A stretch of 64,000 nucleotides of DNA, from NCBI GenBank assembly GCA_951406725.2, contig OX597838.1, forward strand, positions 22,506,001-22,570,000, written 5' to 3'. The notes beneath the pieces were generated by a model. The model worked only from the letters and a program-made list of their open reading frames with translations, did not search any database and was not told the DNA's origin. This DNA is from Octopus vulgaris (taxonomy: Eukaryota). Positions 28,361 to 43,835 of the stretch are shown here, one piece after another. The position numbers and the translations under genes were made by a program. Position 1 is the stretch's first letter; the number at the start of each line of letters is the position of its first letter.

Positions 28361-28794
28361 TACATATATATGCACATATGGCCACAGGACGTCACCATCA
28401 GCAAAGCAAACAACATGAAATACGAAAACAACGAGAGAAAAAAGCAAGGACAAACAATACAAAGAGCGACCCTTCATCAGCCGTCGGCTATCCATCCATC
28501 CACTCCTAGTGCGCGTTTCCTTACAGGTACGCGGCTATTAGTATGTGTGATTCAGCACATTTTTTGTGAGTTACTATCAAGATATAATAGCTTCGCTATA
28601 TATGGTACTATTTAAAAAGTACTAAATCTATTCACTGTGTAAATACCTCAACAATCTGTTTCTCATTTACGCATATGTACACATACGTATACATGATTTA
28701 GTTGTATGCGTGCAGCTAACATTCGTAGTCACACATACGTATATATATATATATATACAGCTCTGTAACTTCTAACTGTTGTAAATACATATGA

Positions 28795-28902
<108 letters not shown>

Positions 28903-28937
28903 ATAGGTAGGTAGGTGGATTCATATTATAGTTAGAC

Positions 28938-28974
<37 letters not shown>

Positions 28975-29142
28975 AGAGAGAGAGAGAGAGAGAGAGGTGG
29001 ATGGATTGATTGATGGATAGCTAGATAGATAGATAAATGTGGGTATATATATATATATTTATATATGTATGTGTATGTACATATATTTATATATAAGCAT
29101 GTATGTATATGTGTGTATTATATATATATATATATATATATA

Positions 29143-29183
<41 letters not shown>

Positions 29184-29218
29184 TTATATATATATACATA
29201 TATATATGTATATACATG

Positions 29219-29261
<43 letters not shown>

Positions 29262-29305
29262 GTGTGTGCATATATATATATGTATCCATGCATGCATGTA
29301 TCATA

Positions 29306-29349
<44 letters not shown>

Positions 29350-29532
29350 AGTGGTAGAGAGGTCGTTCTTTAATTATTGACATGTCGTATCCTTACACAT
29401 GTTTCAGCGAAGGTTTTGAGGCTGGACTATTATATATAAACCTAACCTGATGTAATTATTACATCCACGCATCATCAGAGTTCATAAAAGATCGTATGCG
29501 TGTGTGTGTATGTGTGTGTGTGTGTGCGTGTG

Positions 29533-29592
<60 letters not shown>

Positions 29593-29929
29593 TGTGTGAA
29601 TATATGTTTAGAGGTTGCTATGTGTTTATCCTACTGTCCTGACTTCCTGAGACGATGAGACTCACTTTCTTTTTCTATAGAAACAAACCGATTTCGGAGA
29701 TTTCTTGACTCTTGGAATTACCCGTTCTTCTCATTTAGGGCTGGGTGGAGGGGAGGTGACTCCAGATGCCACAGGGCATTTGGTTACTTTTTCTGAAAAG
29801 CAATATATTCTCAAAAAGTCAAGAAGCTTTTTTTTTTTATGGTATTTGATATACCTTTACTTGTCTCATGTGTCTGGTTCATGTTATTGGCTGCCCTGAG
29901 TTATTTTCCTAAGCTCATTTTCGTTTGAA

Positions 29930-29963
<34 letters not shown>

Positions 29964-30830
29964 AGAGAGAGAGAAAATGTGTGTGTATGAGTGTGAATGT
30001 GTATGTGAGTGTATGTGTGATAGTGTGAGTGTGTGAGAGAGAAAGTGTATGCGTGAGTGTGTAAGTGTGAATGTGTGTGTGAATGCCTGTGCTTATGCAT
30101 TTATATATGTGTGTGTGCTTGTGTATGTATATGTATGTATGAATGTGTGTGTGTGTGTGTGCGTGTGTCTGTTGATGCCAGTGTGTGGGTGCGTATGTAT
30201 GTATATATACGTATGTGCTTGTGTGTGTCCACGTCTGAATATATGCGCGTCTGCGTATATATGCGTGTGCTTATGCATGTATATATATATAAATGTGTGT
30301 GTGTGTGTATGCATATGCGTGTGTGCTTGTGTATGTGTATATATATGTGTGTGTGTGCTTATGTATGTATATATGTGTGTTGTAATGATATATAACACAA
30401 TTGTGACTTTATTATTTCACGCTCTGTTGAGTTCATTCGGAATTTCTATTTTCTCGTCGCTTTTACATCTTTTCCATATTCCATATCCATTTTACTATTT
30501 TTGACACCATCTCTTTACCTTCCCCACTCTTCTTCATTCCCTCCCTCATCTCATCCTCTTCTCTTCCTCCAATCCATTCAACCCCTACTACCCTCCACTC
30601 CACTGTTTCTCTCCTCTCCTTGCTCCACTCAAGCAGCTTTTTTCTCCACTTCAAACAGTTCTTCTTCTTTCTTTTCTTTTTCACTTTACCCTTCCTCTTC
30701 TCCCCATTACTTATCTCAATCTCTTCTCTTCCTCTACTTCATTCCTCCCTACTACCCTTCACTCCACTGTATGATTGACCACTAGCCCCTAAAGCTATTT
30801 TTATTCTCCCTCTGCTTATTTTCTGTGTTC

Positions 30831-30866
30831 CTTTCTGTTGAAGATTGTAGGCTCGAAACGTAAAAG
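30831..30866 (+). ncRNA. Degenerate minimal hammerhead-like motif
   Basis: CTTT-CTGTTGA-A-GATT(GTAG)GCTC-GAAA-CG-TA-AAAG: helix I intact, core A6 and helix II mutated. Downstream 30893-30960 is related to the reverse complement of 47411-47488. Confidence 0.5.
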
Positions 30867-31289
30867 ACTTTGTCAGCTTCCCCAGCTTTAAACTAATACA
30901 CCTGTTTGTTGTTTATACACCTGTCTTCGTCTTTTGCCTTTCTGTAAATTCCAACTCTATATATTTTCCCAAAACAACTTGTCCGACTGTCCCATAGGCC
31001 TCTCCTTTTAGAAACACTGAGTTAACCTAATTTTGAGTCACCAGCAAAAGAAGAAATAAAGATAGACTTTTTTTCTATTCCAAAGAAAAACGATTTTATT
31101 CATACAAATATGCAACCGAAGAGTTTAAAGTACCAGTAATAATAAGGCTGTTGACTGGGAGACAACAACAAACATGATTTAAACAGTAAGCTTGGCAGGA
31201 AAGAAATGTGCCTTTAAGTAGTACAAAAACAACAAAAAATGGAAGTTGCAGTTATGTACAGTTTGACAGAAGAAAAGCAGGACAAAAAC

Positions 31290-31455
31290 GGCTTTATCGA
31301 TCGCATTCTCACTTGGAATCGATTTTTGTAATTTTTTCAAGACTTATCCACGCCCTGATACCGTCGGTATCTACATATCAAATTAGAGCGTAATCGGATG
31401 GAGGATGCCCAAGATCCTAGAACACAGACAGACAGACAGACAACGGATTTTATAT

Positions 31456-31460
<5 letters not shown>
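31290..31460 (-). mobile_element. Probable non-autonomous Helitron-like 5' end
   Basis: Minus strand TATATAAAATCCGTT(GTCT)n...CCGATT.CGCTC.AATTTG.TATGTAGATA resembles the usual layout of such elements; no 3' CTAG end identified. Confidence 0.4.
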
Positions 31461-31519
<59 letters not shown>

Positions 31520-31623
31520 AGTAGATCGAAAATTAAAAATAACAAATAACAAAGTCAGAAAGGACGTTTACATGGAATGTATTAGCTTAATATTCAGTAT
31601 AACATGGGAAAAGAGTGGATATA

Positions 31624-31690
<67 letters not shown>

Positions 31691-33484
31691 GACGAGCTTC
31701 TTTCAGCTTCCGTCAACCAAATCCACTCACAAGGCTTTAGTAGTCGGCATGAGGCTATAGTAGAAGACACGAGGCTATAGTAGAAGACACTAGCCCAAGA
31801 TGCCACACAGTAGGACTGAACCCAGAGCCAGGTGGCTGGGAAACAAAAGTTCTTTTACCACACAGCCACGCCTGCGCCTCTAAATAAGCAGTTCTTTTTT
31901 CCAACATACAATTATTGAGCGCTCAAAGCATAACACCGAAAAAAAGAAAAGGAAAAACAATTGTTGTTGACCAGCAAAAAGAGAAAAAAAGAAGAAAAAA
32001 AAGACACACGTAAATCTTTTTTTTTTTTTTTTTTTTTTCATGTTAGCTTTTCCGATGTCTCAAATTGACCACCACGAAGATCGCTGGAAGACAAAAAACC
32101 GAGTCTCTCCTGCGCAAAGTAGATTGATCCCGTAATTTCAGACAACAGCCTGCAGAACAAAACGGAATTTCTCAACGAAGAAATATTGGAAACTGTCAAG
32201 TCTTATACTTTTCTCATTATCTAAACAATAACAACAGCTGCAGCAACAACAACAACAACAACAACAACACAATAAAAAAAAAAAGAGCCGAAACGAATAC
32301 CGCAAGGCATTTTCTTATCCGTGGCTCTAACGAATCTGCCAATCTCCCGTCTTGATACAACTACTACCACGACTACCACTGCTACTAATACTACTAATAA
32401 TGATCCTTTCTAAGTTAGGCACAGGGCCTGATATTTGGTGGAGGGAGCGGGGGTTAAGTCGATTACATCGACCCCAGTACTCAACTTATCGACCTCCGAA
32501 AAGATGAAAAGCAAAAATCGACCTCGGCGGAATTTGAACTCAGAACGCAGCGACGGGGGAAATACCACTCGTCATTTCGCTCGGTGTACTAACGATTAAT
32601 AATAATCCCTTCTACTAAATGCACAATTTTAGTGGATTGGGTTTAGTCGAATATATTGATTGTAGTAGTTGAATGATACTTTTATTTTATTTGTCTCCAA
32701 AAAGGATGAGGTCGACTTTTGCCTTTCATCCTTCCAGGATCAATAAAATAAGTTGCAGTTGAACACTGGAATTGATATAATCGATTAGGCCCAGCCCTGA
32801 AACTGCAGACCTTGTGCTAAAAATTGTGACGATTGAAGGTGACGAGCTAGCAGAACCGTTAGCGCCCCCCGGGAAAAAAGAATTGCTTAGCGGCATTTAT
32901 TGCAGCTTTGCGCTTTGCGTTCAAACGCCGCCGAAGTCGACTTTTACTTTTTATCTTTTCAGGGTCGATAAAACATGTGCCTTTAAATCCAAGGGAAGGG
33001 GTTGGTAGTGTAGTCGACTAACCCTTATCCCACCCCACCCCACCCCCAAATTCCAGGCCGTGTGTCTTTGGTAGAATGAATTATTGACAAATCATTGAAT
33101 AATTATGGAATTTCGAGCGCATCGGATGGTACAGGAGACTGATGTCTGTGCATGGCTGAGCACCGGTGGATTAATAAGCGGATATGTAGCAAGTTATTGG
33201 TTCACAGGTTAATTTAGCATTAAGTATGGCAATTGAGATGTAACGAGAAGAATTATTGCAGTTAATATTTACAGTTTTAAGATTGTGTTCATCGTTAGTC
33301 AATGTAAATATATTCGTTGTTGCTCATTGGTTTCTAAACTGTAAATCTATTCCAACATCATTTCACGGAAGGAAAAAGCGGAACTTCTATGAGATGAAAT
33401 TCAAGATGAGTGTAATTGAATATTTGTGAAACATAACTAAAATTGTGCAGACGATCAGGGGTTTTGTGTTACGATAAAAAAAAA

Positions 33485-34420
33485 TGTGAGAGACAGACGT
33501 TAGCGGGAAATTGAGAGACAGACGTTACAGGGAAAATGGCGAGAGACCAGGAGGTATGGAAAATCTAATGAGGCAGGCGTTACGGAAAAATTGTGAGAAA
33601 CATGCGTTATGGAAAACCTTGTAAGAAGCAGGAGTTATGGAAAAATTTATGAGAGGTGAGAATTACGGAAAAATTGTGAGAAACAGGTGTTATGGAAAAT
33701 TATTAGAAACAGGCGTTATGGAAAACCTTGTAAGAAGCAGGGGTTATGGAAAAACTTATGAGTGGTGGGAGTTACGGAAAAATCGTGAGAAACAGGCGTT
33801 ATGGGAAATTGTGAAAAACAGGCGTTATGGAAAACCTTGTAAGAAGCAGGGGTTACGGAAAAACTTATGAGAGGTGGGAGTTACGGAAAAATTGTGAGGA
33901 ACAGGCGTTATGGGAAATTGTGAGAAACAGGCGTTATGGAAAACCTTGTAAGAAGCAGGGGTTACGGAAAAATTTATGAGAGGTGAGAATTACAGAAAAA
34001 TTGTGAGAAACAGGTGTTATGGAAAATTATTAGAAACAGGCGTTATGGAAAACCTTGTAAGAAGCAGGGGTTATGGAAAAACTTATAAGTGGTCAGAGTT
34101 ACGGAAAAATTGTGAGGAACAGGCGTTATGGGAAATTGTGAGAAACAGGCGTTATGGAAAACCTTGTAAGAAGCAGGGGTTACGGAAAAACTTATGAGAG
34201 GTGGGAGTTACGAAAAATTGTGAGGAACAGGCGTTATGGAAAATTGTGAGAAACAGGCGTTATGGAAAATTGTGAGAGACAGTAGTTAAGCGTTAGGGAA
34301 AATTTTAAGAGACTGACGTTGCGGAAAAAAAATTGCAAGAGATCGGCGTTACGTAAAAATTGTGGGAGACGAGTGTTAAGAATAAAACGATGAAAGACAG
34401 GCGTTAGCGACAAAATGTGA
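33485..34420. repeat. Minisatellite: ~27-bp monomer, 109-bp and 327-bp higher-order units
   Basis: GGAAAACCTTGTAAG at 33611, 33720, 33829, 33938, 34047 and 34156; GAGAGGTGAGAATTAC at 33651 and 33978. Confidence 0.95.
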
Positions 34421-35285
34421 GAAAGATCAAAAGAAGTCAAGCTCAGAAGCGCTTCACAGCGCAACGAAGCAAACCAAGAACCTGAATTGGCTTCGTGTAA
34501 CGAAATGGAAACTAACTTGAAGGCATGAGTCAGCCTACCGATATCTTTGCAACTATTCGTCGAATCGCCAATGCTCTCGATTTACGAAGCGACGTGAACG
34601 CAAAGAAATTCCCAACCAATATGCAGAAGATATTTGAATGCGCTTTAAAGTTTCGTCCCATTTCGGATCTCTTCAGGAAAGTATGTCTTCTACTATAGCC
34701 CCAGGCCGACTAATGCCTTGGGAGTGAATTTGATGGAGTGGGATTGTGTGGAATCTCGTCGTAACTTAACTGTTACCTGGTTTCACTCATTGGACAGCGA
34801 CCATGCTATGGCATCGCCTTCAGCGGTTTTAGTCGAAGAAATTGACTACAGGACTTATTCTATTAGAACAATATTTATGCACACCACAGCGAAATTAAAA
34901 ATGAATGAAACAAATATTTAAAAAGTTTTAACAAAACATACGATGAAGAATACAACCATTGTTTTTGTAAAGTTTACGTACGGCAGAGAGAGAGGCTGGG
35001 AGTCTTTTAGAAAGATGAAGAAAAACAGAGATAAAGAGATGGGGAAAAGGAGAAAGGCGAAGTGAGTGACTGAGAGATAGATAGAGAGAGAGAGAGAGAA
35101 GTGGGGCAAGAGAGAAGATTAAGAAAGAAGACTGGGTGGTTGTTGGTGGGGGGGGGGGGGATGAAGACAATTTGACGACCCGGATGTTAAGCTGTTATTC
35201 AATGAATAATGGTAATCTCGTGGAGCTCTCTCAACGGAAGTGTTAATCTGTCTGTATGAGTGTTTGTGTGTGAGCGTGTGTGTGT

Positions 35286-35340
<55 letters not shown>

Positions 35341-36273
35341 GCGGGGGAGCGTCTGTGTGAGAGACAGAGAAAGAGAGATTGAGAGATGTGTGTAGGTGTG
35401 TATGTTTACGTGTTTATTCGCTGTGTGTGCGCTTTTGTTGGTATAAGTGTGCGAGTATATATGTGTGTATTAGATACTTATCCCTTTCTCTCACTCTCTC
35501 TTTCTTTCTTTCTTTCTCTTTCTCTTTGTCTTTGTCTCTCTCTCTCTCTCTAACTCAGTGTGTGTGTGTGTGTGTGTGTGTATTCGTGTGTGTGATGACA
35601 CGGGAAGATGCGGATGGAAGTAGGTTGATTAGAAGACAGTACTCCAAAAGAAAAGGGAGAGAATGAGTTGATGATAATGATGTTGATGGTGGTGGTGGTG
35701 GTGGTGGCGGCGGCGGCGGCGGTGGTGGTGGTGGTGGTGGTGGTGGTGGTGGTGGTGGTGGTGGTGGTGGTGGTGGTGTTAGTGGTGGTGGTTGTGGTGG
35801 TGGTGGTGGTGGTGGTGGTGAAGTCGATGAGAACGCTGATAAGAATGAGGATGATGATGAAATTGAGAACGAGGAGAACGGGCAGGAGGCAGAAGAAGAA
35901 GAAGAGGAAGCAGAAGAAAACGAAGACGAAAGAAGTAGAAAAAGACGAAGAAGATGGTGAAGAAGAAGATGATGATGATGATGATGATGATGACGACGAT
36001 GATGATGATATTTGCGGCGGCAGCGGTGGAAGTGGTGGTGGTGGTGGTGGTGATAGCGGTGGCAGTGGTGATGAGGAGGATGATAAATGATGCTGATGCT
36101 ACGTGTGAAGTTGATGATAGTCGAAAGAAATGAAAAAAAAAAAAAGGGGGCGAAGAGGGGGTTGAAAGAGGGTCGAAAGAAAACATGTGAAAGGAAGGGA
36201 AATAGAATTCTATCGGAATATCTAAACGTTAATTGAAATACGCGCGTGTTACTGCACACATGTGTGTATACAC

Positions 36274-36548
<275 letters not shown>

Positions 36549-36751
36549 GAGAGTACATTGATATATAATTAATTTATTCAATTAATTCAATTCAATTGAA
36601 TTCAATCATGAATTTGCATTATTTTTATATCTGTACGAAACGATCGTTTGCATTGATTAAAATTCTCTTATATATATTTTAACAACTTCTCTTCTCCATT
36701 TTTAACTGGATTGTTGAGTTTTACTGGATTTCTTTCCATAAATTCGCAACA

Positions 36752-36809
<58 letters not shown>

Positions 36810-37215
36810 CCCAGGGATCGAGGTGTAGGAAAAAAGTTAGCTTCAAACAATCCGTAGTAAATATTTAAAAAAAAACAACTTTCAGAGGCAAGAGTGGTTT
36901 ATTGAGACGGTAGGTTGTAGATTATTTTTCTGAAAAAAGTTCTTTATATATTCCACGGTTGGTGGTACACCAGGGCGGCCAGGTGTACGAATACGAATAC
37001 AGGAGCAGGTAAGATCCGGACTGCATATGTTTCAAAGCGAGCTGGACCCCAGAAGGGGTGTTATACAAATATATATATATATATATATACCAAAGTACGC
37101 ACATAAATGTGAAACAAGGTAGAAACACATTCAGCTGTCTCTTTTGAATCTAGTAGACGCTGGCGGTTTTAAGGGTGAACGACCTCTAGTACGTTCCTAA
37201 CGTAATACACTTTAA

Positions 37216-37342
<127 letters not shown>

Positions 37343-38169
37343 ATATATTTATTTATTTATATATATATATATGTACATGTATATGTATACATACATGTGT
37401 ATGTATGTATTTATGTTTCTACTTTATCATGGAATACCTTTCGCTCCTTCCCAATGGTTCTCCTGCTCAGGGCGAATCTTCTTGCTTCAGTTGCTCTCAA
37501 CACATTTGGGATTATAGGTGGGGGTAAAGTACTCGGTGGATATGCAAATTATTCATTCGTTTCAGCAAACACGCGCGCACACATAAAGATATTAACACTT
37601 ACACACGCGCATCAGAATGAAAGACGACAAAATGGACCTGGAACGCAATTTAGAACTCAGAACAGCAAAGACGGACGGACGAAACGCTGCTGAGCATTTT
37701 GTCCGGAATGGCAAACGATTCTTCTAGCTCGCCAACTTAAACACAGACATAACATTTTCTTTTTCTTTTTTTTTTTTTTTTTAAGCTACGAACAACGGTA
37801 AGTTAAAATCGGTGAAGAATATTCGACGGTTGAGCAAGTCAACTACCAGGGGAAATTTCGTTTGTTTCATGCAAAGGAAACAGAAAACAGAAAAAAATGA
37901 AATGGACGCCATATTGTGGCTCTACAATCAAGTCATGTAAAAGCTATTGAACATTGGAAAATAAAATAGAAATCATTTGATTGATTGACTGTTTGATAGA
38001 TTGACTGACTGATTGATGCATCGATTGTTTTGTTTGTTTGTTTTGTTTTTTTTGTTTTTGTATTATTATTAGGCCAAAAGAAATTGATAAACCTAGATCG
38101 GTAGAAATGTTGTTGTTGTTGTTGTTGTTGCTGCTGCCGCTGCAGCTGTTGCTGCTGCAGCTGTTGTTA

Positions 38170-38460
38170 TCTTTTATCTTTCCTGTACTTGTTTCAGTGG
38201 TTACATCGAGGCCATGCTGGGGCACCGCCTCGAAGAATTTTTAGTCAAACAAATCGACCCCGGTACTTATTTTTCCTTTTAAGCTGAGTATTTATTCTAT
38301 CGGTCTCTTTTGCCGAACCGCTAGGTTATACTGACTTAAAAATATAAACACCGGGTGACAAACGGTGTAGTGGGGGGAAAACACAAAGACACATACACAC
38401 TCAGACATATACATATATATGTGTGTATATATGTATGTGTGTGTATGTTTGTGTGTGTTC

Positions 38461-38497
<37 letters not shown>

Positions 38498-38710
38498 TTT
38501 GTGTCTGTGTTTGTGCCCCCACCATCGCTTGACAACCGATGCTGGTGTGTTTACGACCCCGTAACTTAGCAGTTCGGCTAAAGAGATCGATAGAATAAGG
38601 TACTAGGCTTACAAAAGAATGAGTCCTGGGTCGATCTGCTCGACTAAAACCATTTAAGGTGGTGCTCCAGCGTGGCCGCAGTCGAATGACTTAAAAACAA
38701 ATGAGAGAAT
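38170..38710. mobile_element. Two SINE family A 3' halves in inverted orientation around a CA/TG tract
   Basis: Minus-strand tail at 38170-38375 and plus-strand tail at 38500-38710. Confidence 0.75.
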
Positions 38711-38973
38711 GAAAGAAAAACTGTGTAACTTCGTACAAAACGCAATGAAACAGATAAATGAAAATAACATAAAATTCTTATCTAATTCCATAACCAACAA
38801 TTGCAAAAGATCGAACTTTATAACTTTACATGATAATAACAACAGCGAAACGAAAAACATCGTCACCGAATTAAATATAGAACTTAGAGTAAAGTCCCCT
38901 TCGTTATGAAACCTGTATTTTATACTATGATGTCACGTCATAAATTCTGCTAACAATCGCTGGACAGGACTTG

Positions 38974-39319
38974 TTAACCCTTACCAAAGCGGATATTTAA
39001 CGTTATCAGCGCTTATGTTTTATAGATAACCTAATGAAAATTGGGTTTCATTTACTCCTTTGGTAAAACTGGAAAAACACCAACTGTGTAATCTCTTGAT
39101 TGAAATCAATATCTATCAAATAAAATTGCTGTTTCGTTTAGTTTGGGATTGGAGATAAAACCATCTTTTAAACGATGCATTCCATTTTCGTTAGAAGTTC
39201 CAAAATTATTATTTATAGGCTACAAACTCTTTTTGTTTTTTTTTTTATAGCAATTGTATTCGAAGGGAAAAACGGTTTTCTAATGTTTCTTTTGATGTGA
39301 GTCAGGAAGCAAGGGTTAA
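38974..39319. mobile_element. Possible piggyBac-type MITE
   Basis: TTAA-CCCTT at 38974-38982 and AAGGG-TTAA at 39311-39319; the TIR match is very short. Confidence 0.35.
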
Positions 39320-39459
39320 GCGACATATTGAGACTACATATCGTAAACCACTTACACACTAAGTTTCCCTATTATATATTATCAGAGGTTTTTATGAAGA
39401 TGACGGTTTGTTGATAATCAGAAACTACTATTAAAATTCTGAAAGATTCTGGGATGAAC

Positions 39460-39855
39460 TCTCTTTTACTCTTTTACTTGTTTCAGTCAGTTGACTGCGG
39501 CCATGCTGGAGCACCGCCTTTAGTCGAGCAACTCGACCCCGGAACTTATTCTTTGTAAGCCCAGTACTTATTCTATCGGTCTCTTTTGCCGAACCGCTAA
39601 GTTACGGGGACATAAACACACCAACATCGGTTGTCAACCAATGCTAGGGGGACAAACACAGACACACAAACATACACACACACATATATACATATATACG
39701 ACGGGCTTCTTTCAGTATCCGTCTACCAAATCCACTCACAAGGCTTTGGTCGGCCCGAGGCTATAGTAGAAGACACTTGCCCAAAGTGCCACTCAGTGGG
39801 ACTGAACCCGGAACCATGTGGCTGGTAAGCAAGCTACTTACCACACAGCCACTCC
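39460..39855 (-). mobile_element. SINE family A, near full length
   Basis: Reverse complement of the family A head, microsatellite and tail. Confidence 0.9.
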
Positions 39856-41519
39856 TAACATTTTTCAAGGAATTTAATTTGACGACAATAATTGAATATA
39901 ATTTTAATGTAGTCAATTATTATCTTGATGATAATGCTCACTCTAAAAACAGCAATGACCTATGGTTCACTGTATAACATCAACAGACAATCGAATCACA
40001 CAATACAATTTTTCAGCAAGCTTGTTAAAAATATATCTTTACGTATCTATAACCTTTCCTATAATGAAGCGAAGTTCTTACAACATAGTAGTTTCAATTA
40101 ACAAAATTAATTACATCAAAAGAGACAGCCTACCACCTCATACAACCTGAAATAAAATTAAAAGTTAGTATAATCTTCTTGTTAATCCCCCACGTAATAT
40201 CACTAAGAATGAAATTAGAAGTAAGATTATAAATTAGTGTAATCCTCCTTTTAGTCAAGAATTCTTGGCTCCCTGTAGCCAAAAATTTCTTAAATTGTTG
40301 CTAAACACTTCCCAACCATATGATTTATAAGAATTTCGATTAAAACTGTAAAATTTTCTCATATTCAAGCTACAGTTAATTTTGGACAATCATTATCGCA
40401 TGCGAACAGATGCAAGTATTCCTTTCTATTACAAAACCAGCAATCAACATCTTGTAATTACACACATACGAATGGATGTCCACTAAAGAGTTGATGCACT
40501 ACTAAAAGTCTTATTCACTGTGCAACTGTTGAAGCAAATAATGTTTTGAAATCATGTAATGGACTGATAATGAATTCCTTCAAAATTCGCTTTTATCAGC
40601 ATTTGCAGTCATTCAGGAGCCAACAAAGAAACAACGATGCAAGTTTGTGCAATTTCATATCACCATCGTCGTTGCCGTCGTCATCGTCGTCATCTTCCTC
40701 CTCATAACCATCATCAACAACAAAAGCAACAATGGCAACAACTGCTGGATATTACTATCTCGTGTTCTGGGACGAATAGAATCGGTTACCTGCTTTCCAT
40801 GGTGTGCAAGAGATCAATATCACAACACACACGTTGACTCCCTTGATCGGGACGCCAGTCCGTCGCAAGGTTACACATTCTACAATTGAGTAGACCGGAG
40901 CAAAGGGGAAATTAAGCGATTTATTCAAGAACACAAAGCATCTTTCGGTCCGGGAACCGAAACCACGATCTTCCGAGCTGGTATACAACATCCTAACCAC
41001 AAGGCCACGTACCTTTCGCCAATTTTTGTCTGGAGCATCAAAAATAACAATAAAATCATCAAATTCAATAGGAAATAGTTTTGGTTGCCGGACCAAATCG
41101 ACTAAACATTCTGAACAAGCCTTGTTATGTTTTGCCCATCAAAATCCTGTGAAATATTTTTAAAAGTCCCTCCTCGTAATAAATATCCTGTTAATAAATA
41201 TCCTTAATAAATATCTTTTTGAAGTCGCTCGCAGAAAACATTCCAAACACTATTTTTTTTTCAGCCCCTTCGTTAGCAAACAATCTGTTGTAGGACTCAA
41301 GCGACCCCCCTTTCCGAACGGATTTCGATATCAATATAGAATGTCTGACGTTTTTTAAGCATTTGTCTGTTTGTTTGTTTTTTTGTCTTCAGTTTGCATT
41401 CCTAATAATTAGTGTAATAACAAATCTGGGAAGAAAAAGAATTATAATATTTAATGAGGAGGAAAAATAATTATAATATTTAATGAGATCGATCTCTGTT
41501 TGTAAACAATGGATTTTTC

Positions 41520-41560
<41 letters not shown>

Positions 41561-41734
41561 TCGGTAACACGTTCAGATATAACTAATATGCTGCGCTATT
41601 CAAAATTTTAAGAAGTTCTGCTGGTGGCTTCAATTATCTTTTTCTGTTTTGTACGAAAAATTTTTCAGAGACATTAATCTTTCTATACCCTTTGTGATAC
41701 AACAACAACAACAAAAACAACAACAACGACGACG

Positions 41735-41820
<86 letters not shown>

Positions 41821-42526
41821 AATGGTAATGATAATAATGAATCGGACACTAGTTTATGAGAGTAATCCCGTCTAATTAAATGAAGACTATAACTATTCTA
41901 CCACACGTTCCTGGTTAACAATTCCACTTGTTTTCTTTTTCGTTTGTTGTTTTGGCTTCTGTTGTTTTTTGTTTTGTTTCTGTTTTTTTTTTGTCTTCGT
42001 TTTGCTCTTGTTTTTGTTTTGATTTTTTTTGTTTGTTTTTTTTTTTTGTTTTTTGGTGGGGTTGCAAATACCGTTTGCGAATACGTTAGAATAATTTCTT
42101 TCAATAGGATGGATTTATATTCCTTCTACAGATCCGAGAAAGCTCTTAAGTAAATATATTCCAAGAGTCAAAGAGCTTAAAGCAAATATAGTCACTTTGA
42201 AAAGATTCACACTCCAAAACCATTAAAAATATGCGATAGAATATATTTGATTTGCAAAAGGTTCGTGTTTCTTCTTTTTCTTCTAATTATTCTACCATTT
42301 TGCGTCTGCAGTTATATAATTTTTATCGGCTCTTTACTTCACAATTCACTATCCCAAACATATATGCGTGTATATATTATGGCTGCCCCCTCGTTATCGA
42401 GTATGGCCATTGCACGAAGCTTAATTGTTATTGGTGCTGTGATCGAATGTGGCTTTTTAGCCCAGCTAAAGATCTACAATGTCTTGTACAGAATTGGCAA
42501 CTAAAACCTTTACCGGTAATATCCGG

Positions 42527-42623
<97 letters not shown>

Positions 42624-42866
42624 CTCAGCTACGAAAATGAAGCTTTTAAGAAACGGGCTCGTTCATGGGCTTGATTCGTTCGACTAAACTTCATCAAGGT
42701 GATGCCCCAGTATGGCCGCAATCTAATTGCAATAATCATTAAAATAGAAATGAAATTTAAATATACATTCTTTTTGTGTGACCCGGCACCAAATTATTCC
42801 AAGGTCCAGCGGTACTTTCCATGCAAAGAGCACATAAGCAGTATGGTATACCCCTTGACAAATCGG

Positions 42867-43250
42867 TGCACTGGGCCCTTTTGTATTTATTTATTGACAG
42901 CAATCCACAACATACATATGTCTGAATTGGGCCCCGACAACATACATAGGTCAAAATTGTGCCCCTAAGTCCGTAGGGTACCGGGCAAAATTATTGCACT
43001 GAGCCCTACAGCATTCATTTATCGACAGCAAGCCTCAACATACATATGTCTGAATTGGGCCCCGACAACATACATAGGTCAAAATTGTGCCCCTAAGTCC
43101 GTAGGGTCCCCGGCAAATTTATTGCACTGAGCCCTACAGCATTCATTTATCGACAGCAAGCCTCAACATACATAAGTCTGAATTGGGCCTTGATAACATA
43201 CATAGGTAAGAACTGGGACCCGAGGACCGTGGATTCCCTAGACAACTGTC
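42867..43250. repeat. ~3 x 128-bp tandem repeat
   Basis: TGCACTG(G/A)GCCC at 42867, 42995 and 43123. Confidence 0.9.
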
Positions 43251-43434
43251 CACTGTATCTATGGTCTAAGACTAAGATGGCCCCTGGTCCACGGCCAGTA
43301 GGTTGAGGACCTCTGCCCTAAATGATCAACTGGTAACCGTCTTCATCTCACAATAACTTGAGTAACTTTTGACAACATAGCAATAATGTATATATCCAAA
43401 TCCACCAGTAAATACAATAATAATAATAATAATA

Positions 43435-43490
<56 letters not shown>

Positions 43491-43492
43491 AC

Positions 43493-43542
<50 letters not shown>

Positions 43543-43835
43543 GACCAGAGCAGAGCAAAATGAAACCGGAACTCTTCACAATGATTTTTGTCTTAACGCG
43601 CGACCCAGCAGGAGGACTCGGTACCGCACCTCAGACTTGCTTACAGTATTTGATAACATAAAAAAACTACCGGGTATATTGGACGCACCCTGATTTCAGG
43701 AAGAAAGAAAAGTTTTTAATTCTATAAAGTTTGTAACGTTATATGCCTAACTCCCGTATATGGGGTTCGGTGTAATTCTGCTTTTGAGACATTTTTTTTT
43801 TTTTGGTGAAAGTAAGTGTATCTTATAGACAATTA

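Noticed and set aside
33637-34197. Two similar 73-77 aa ORFs
   Set aside because: Products of the 327-bp satellite unit.
34534-34686. ~50-codon open frame ending at a GTATGT donor-like site
   Set aside because: No recognisable homology, and the apparent donor is the start of a SINE A fragment.
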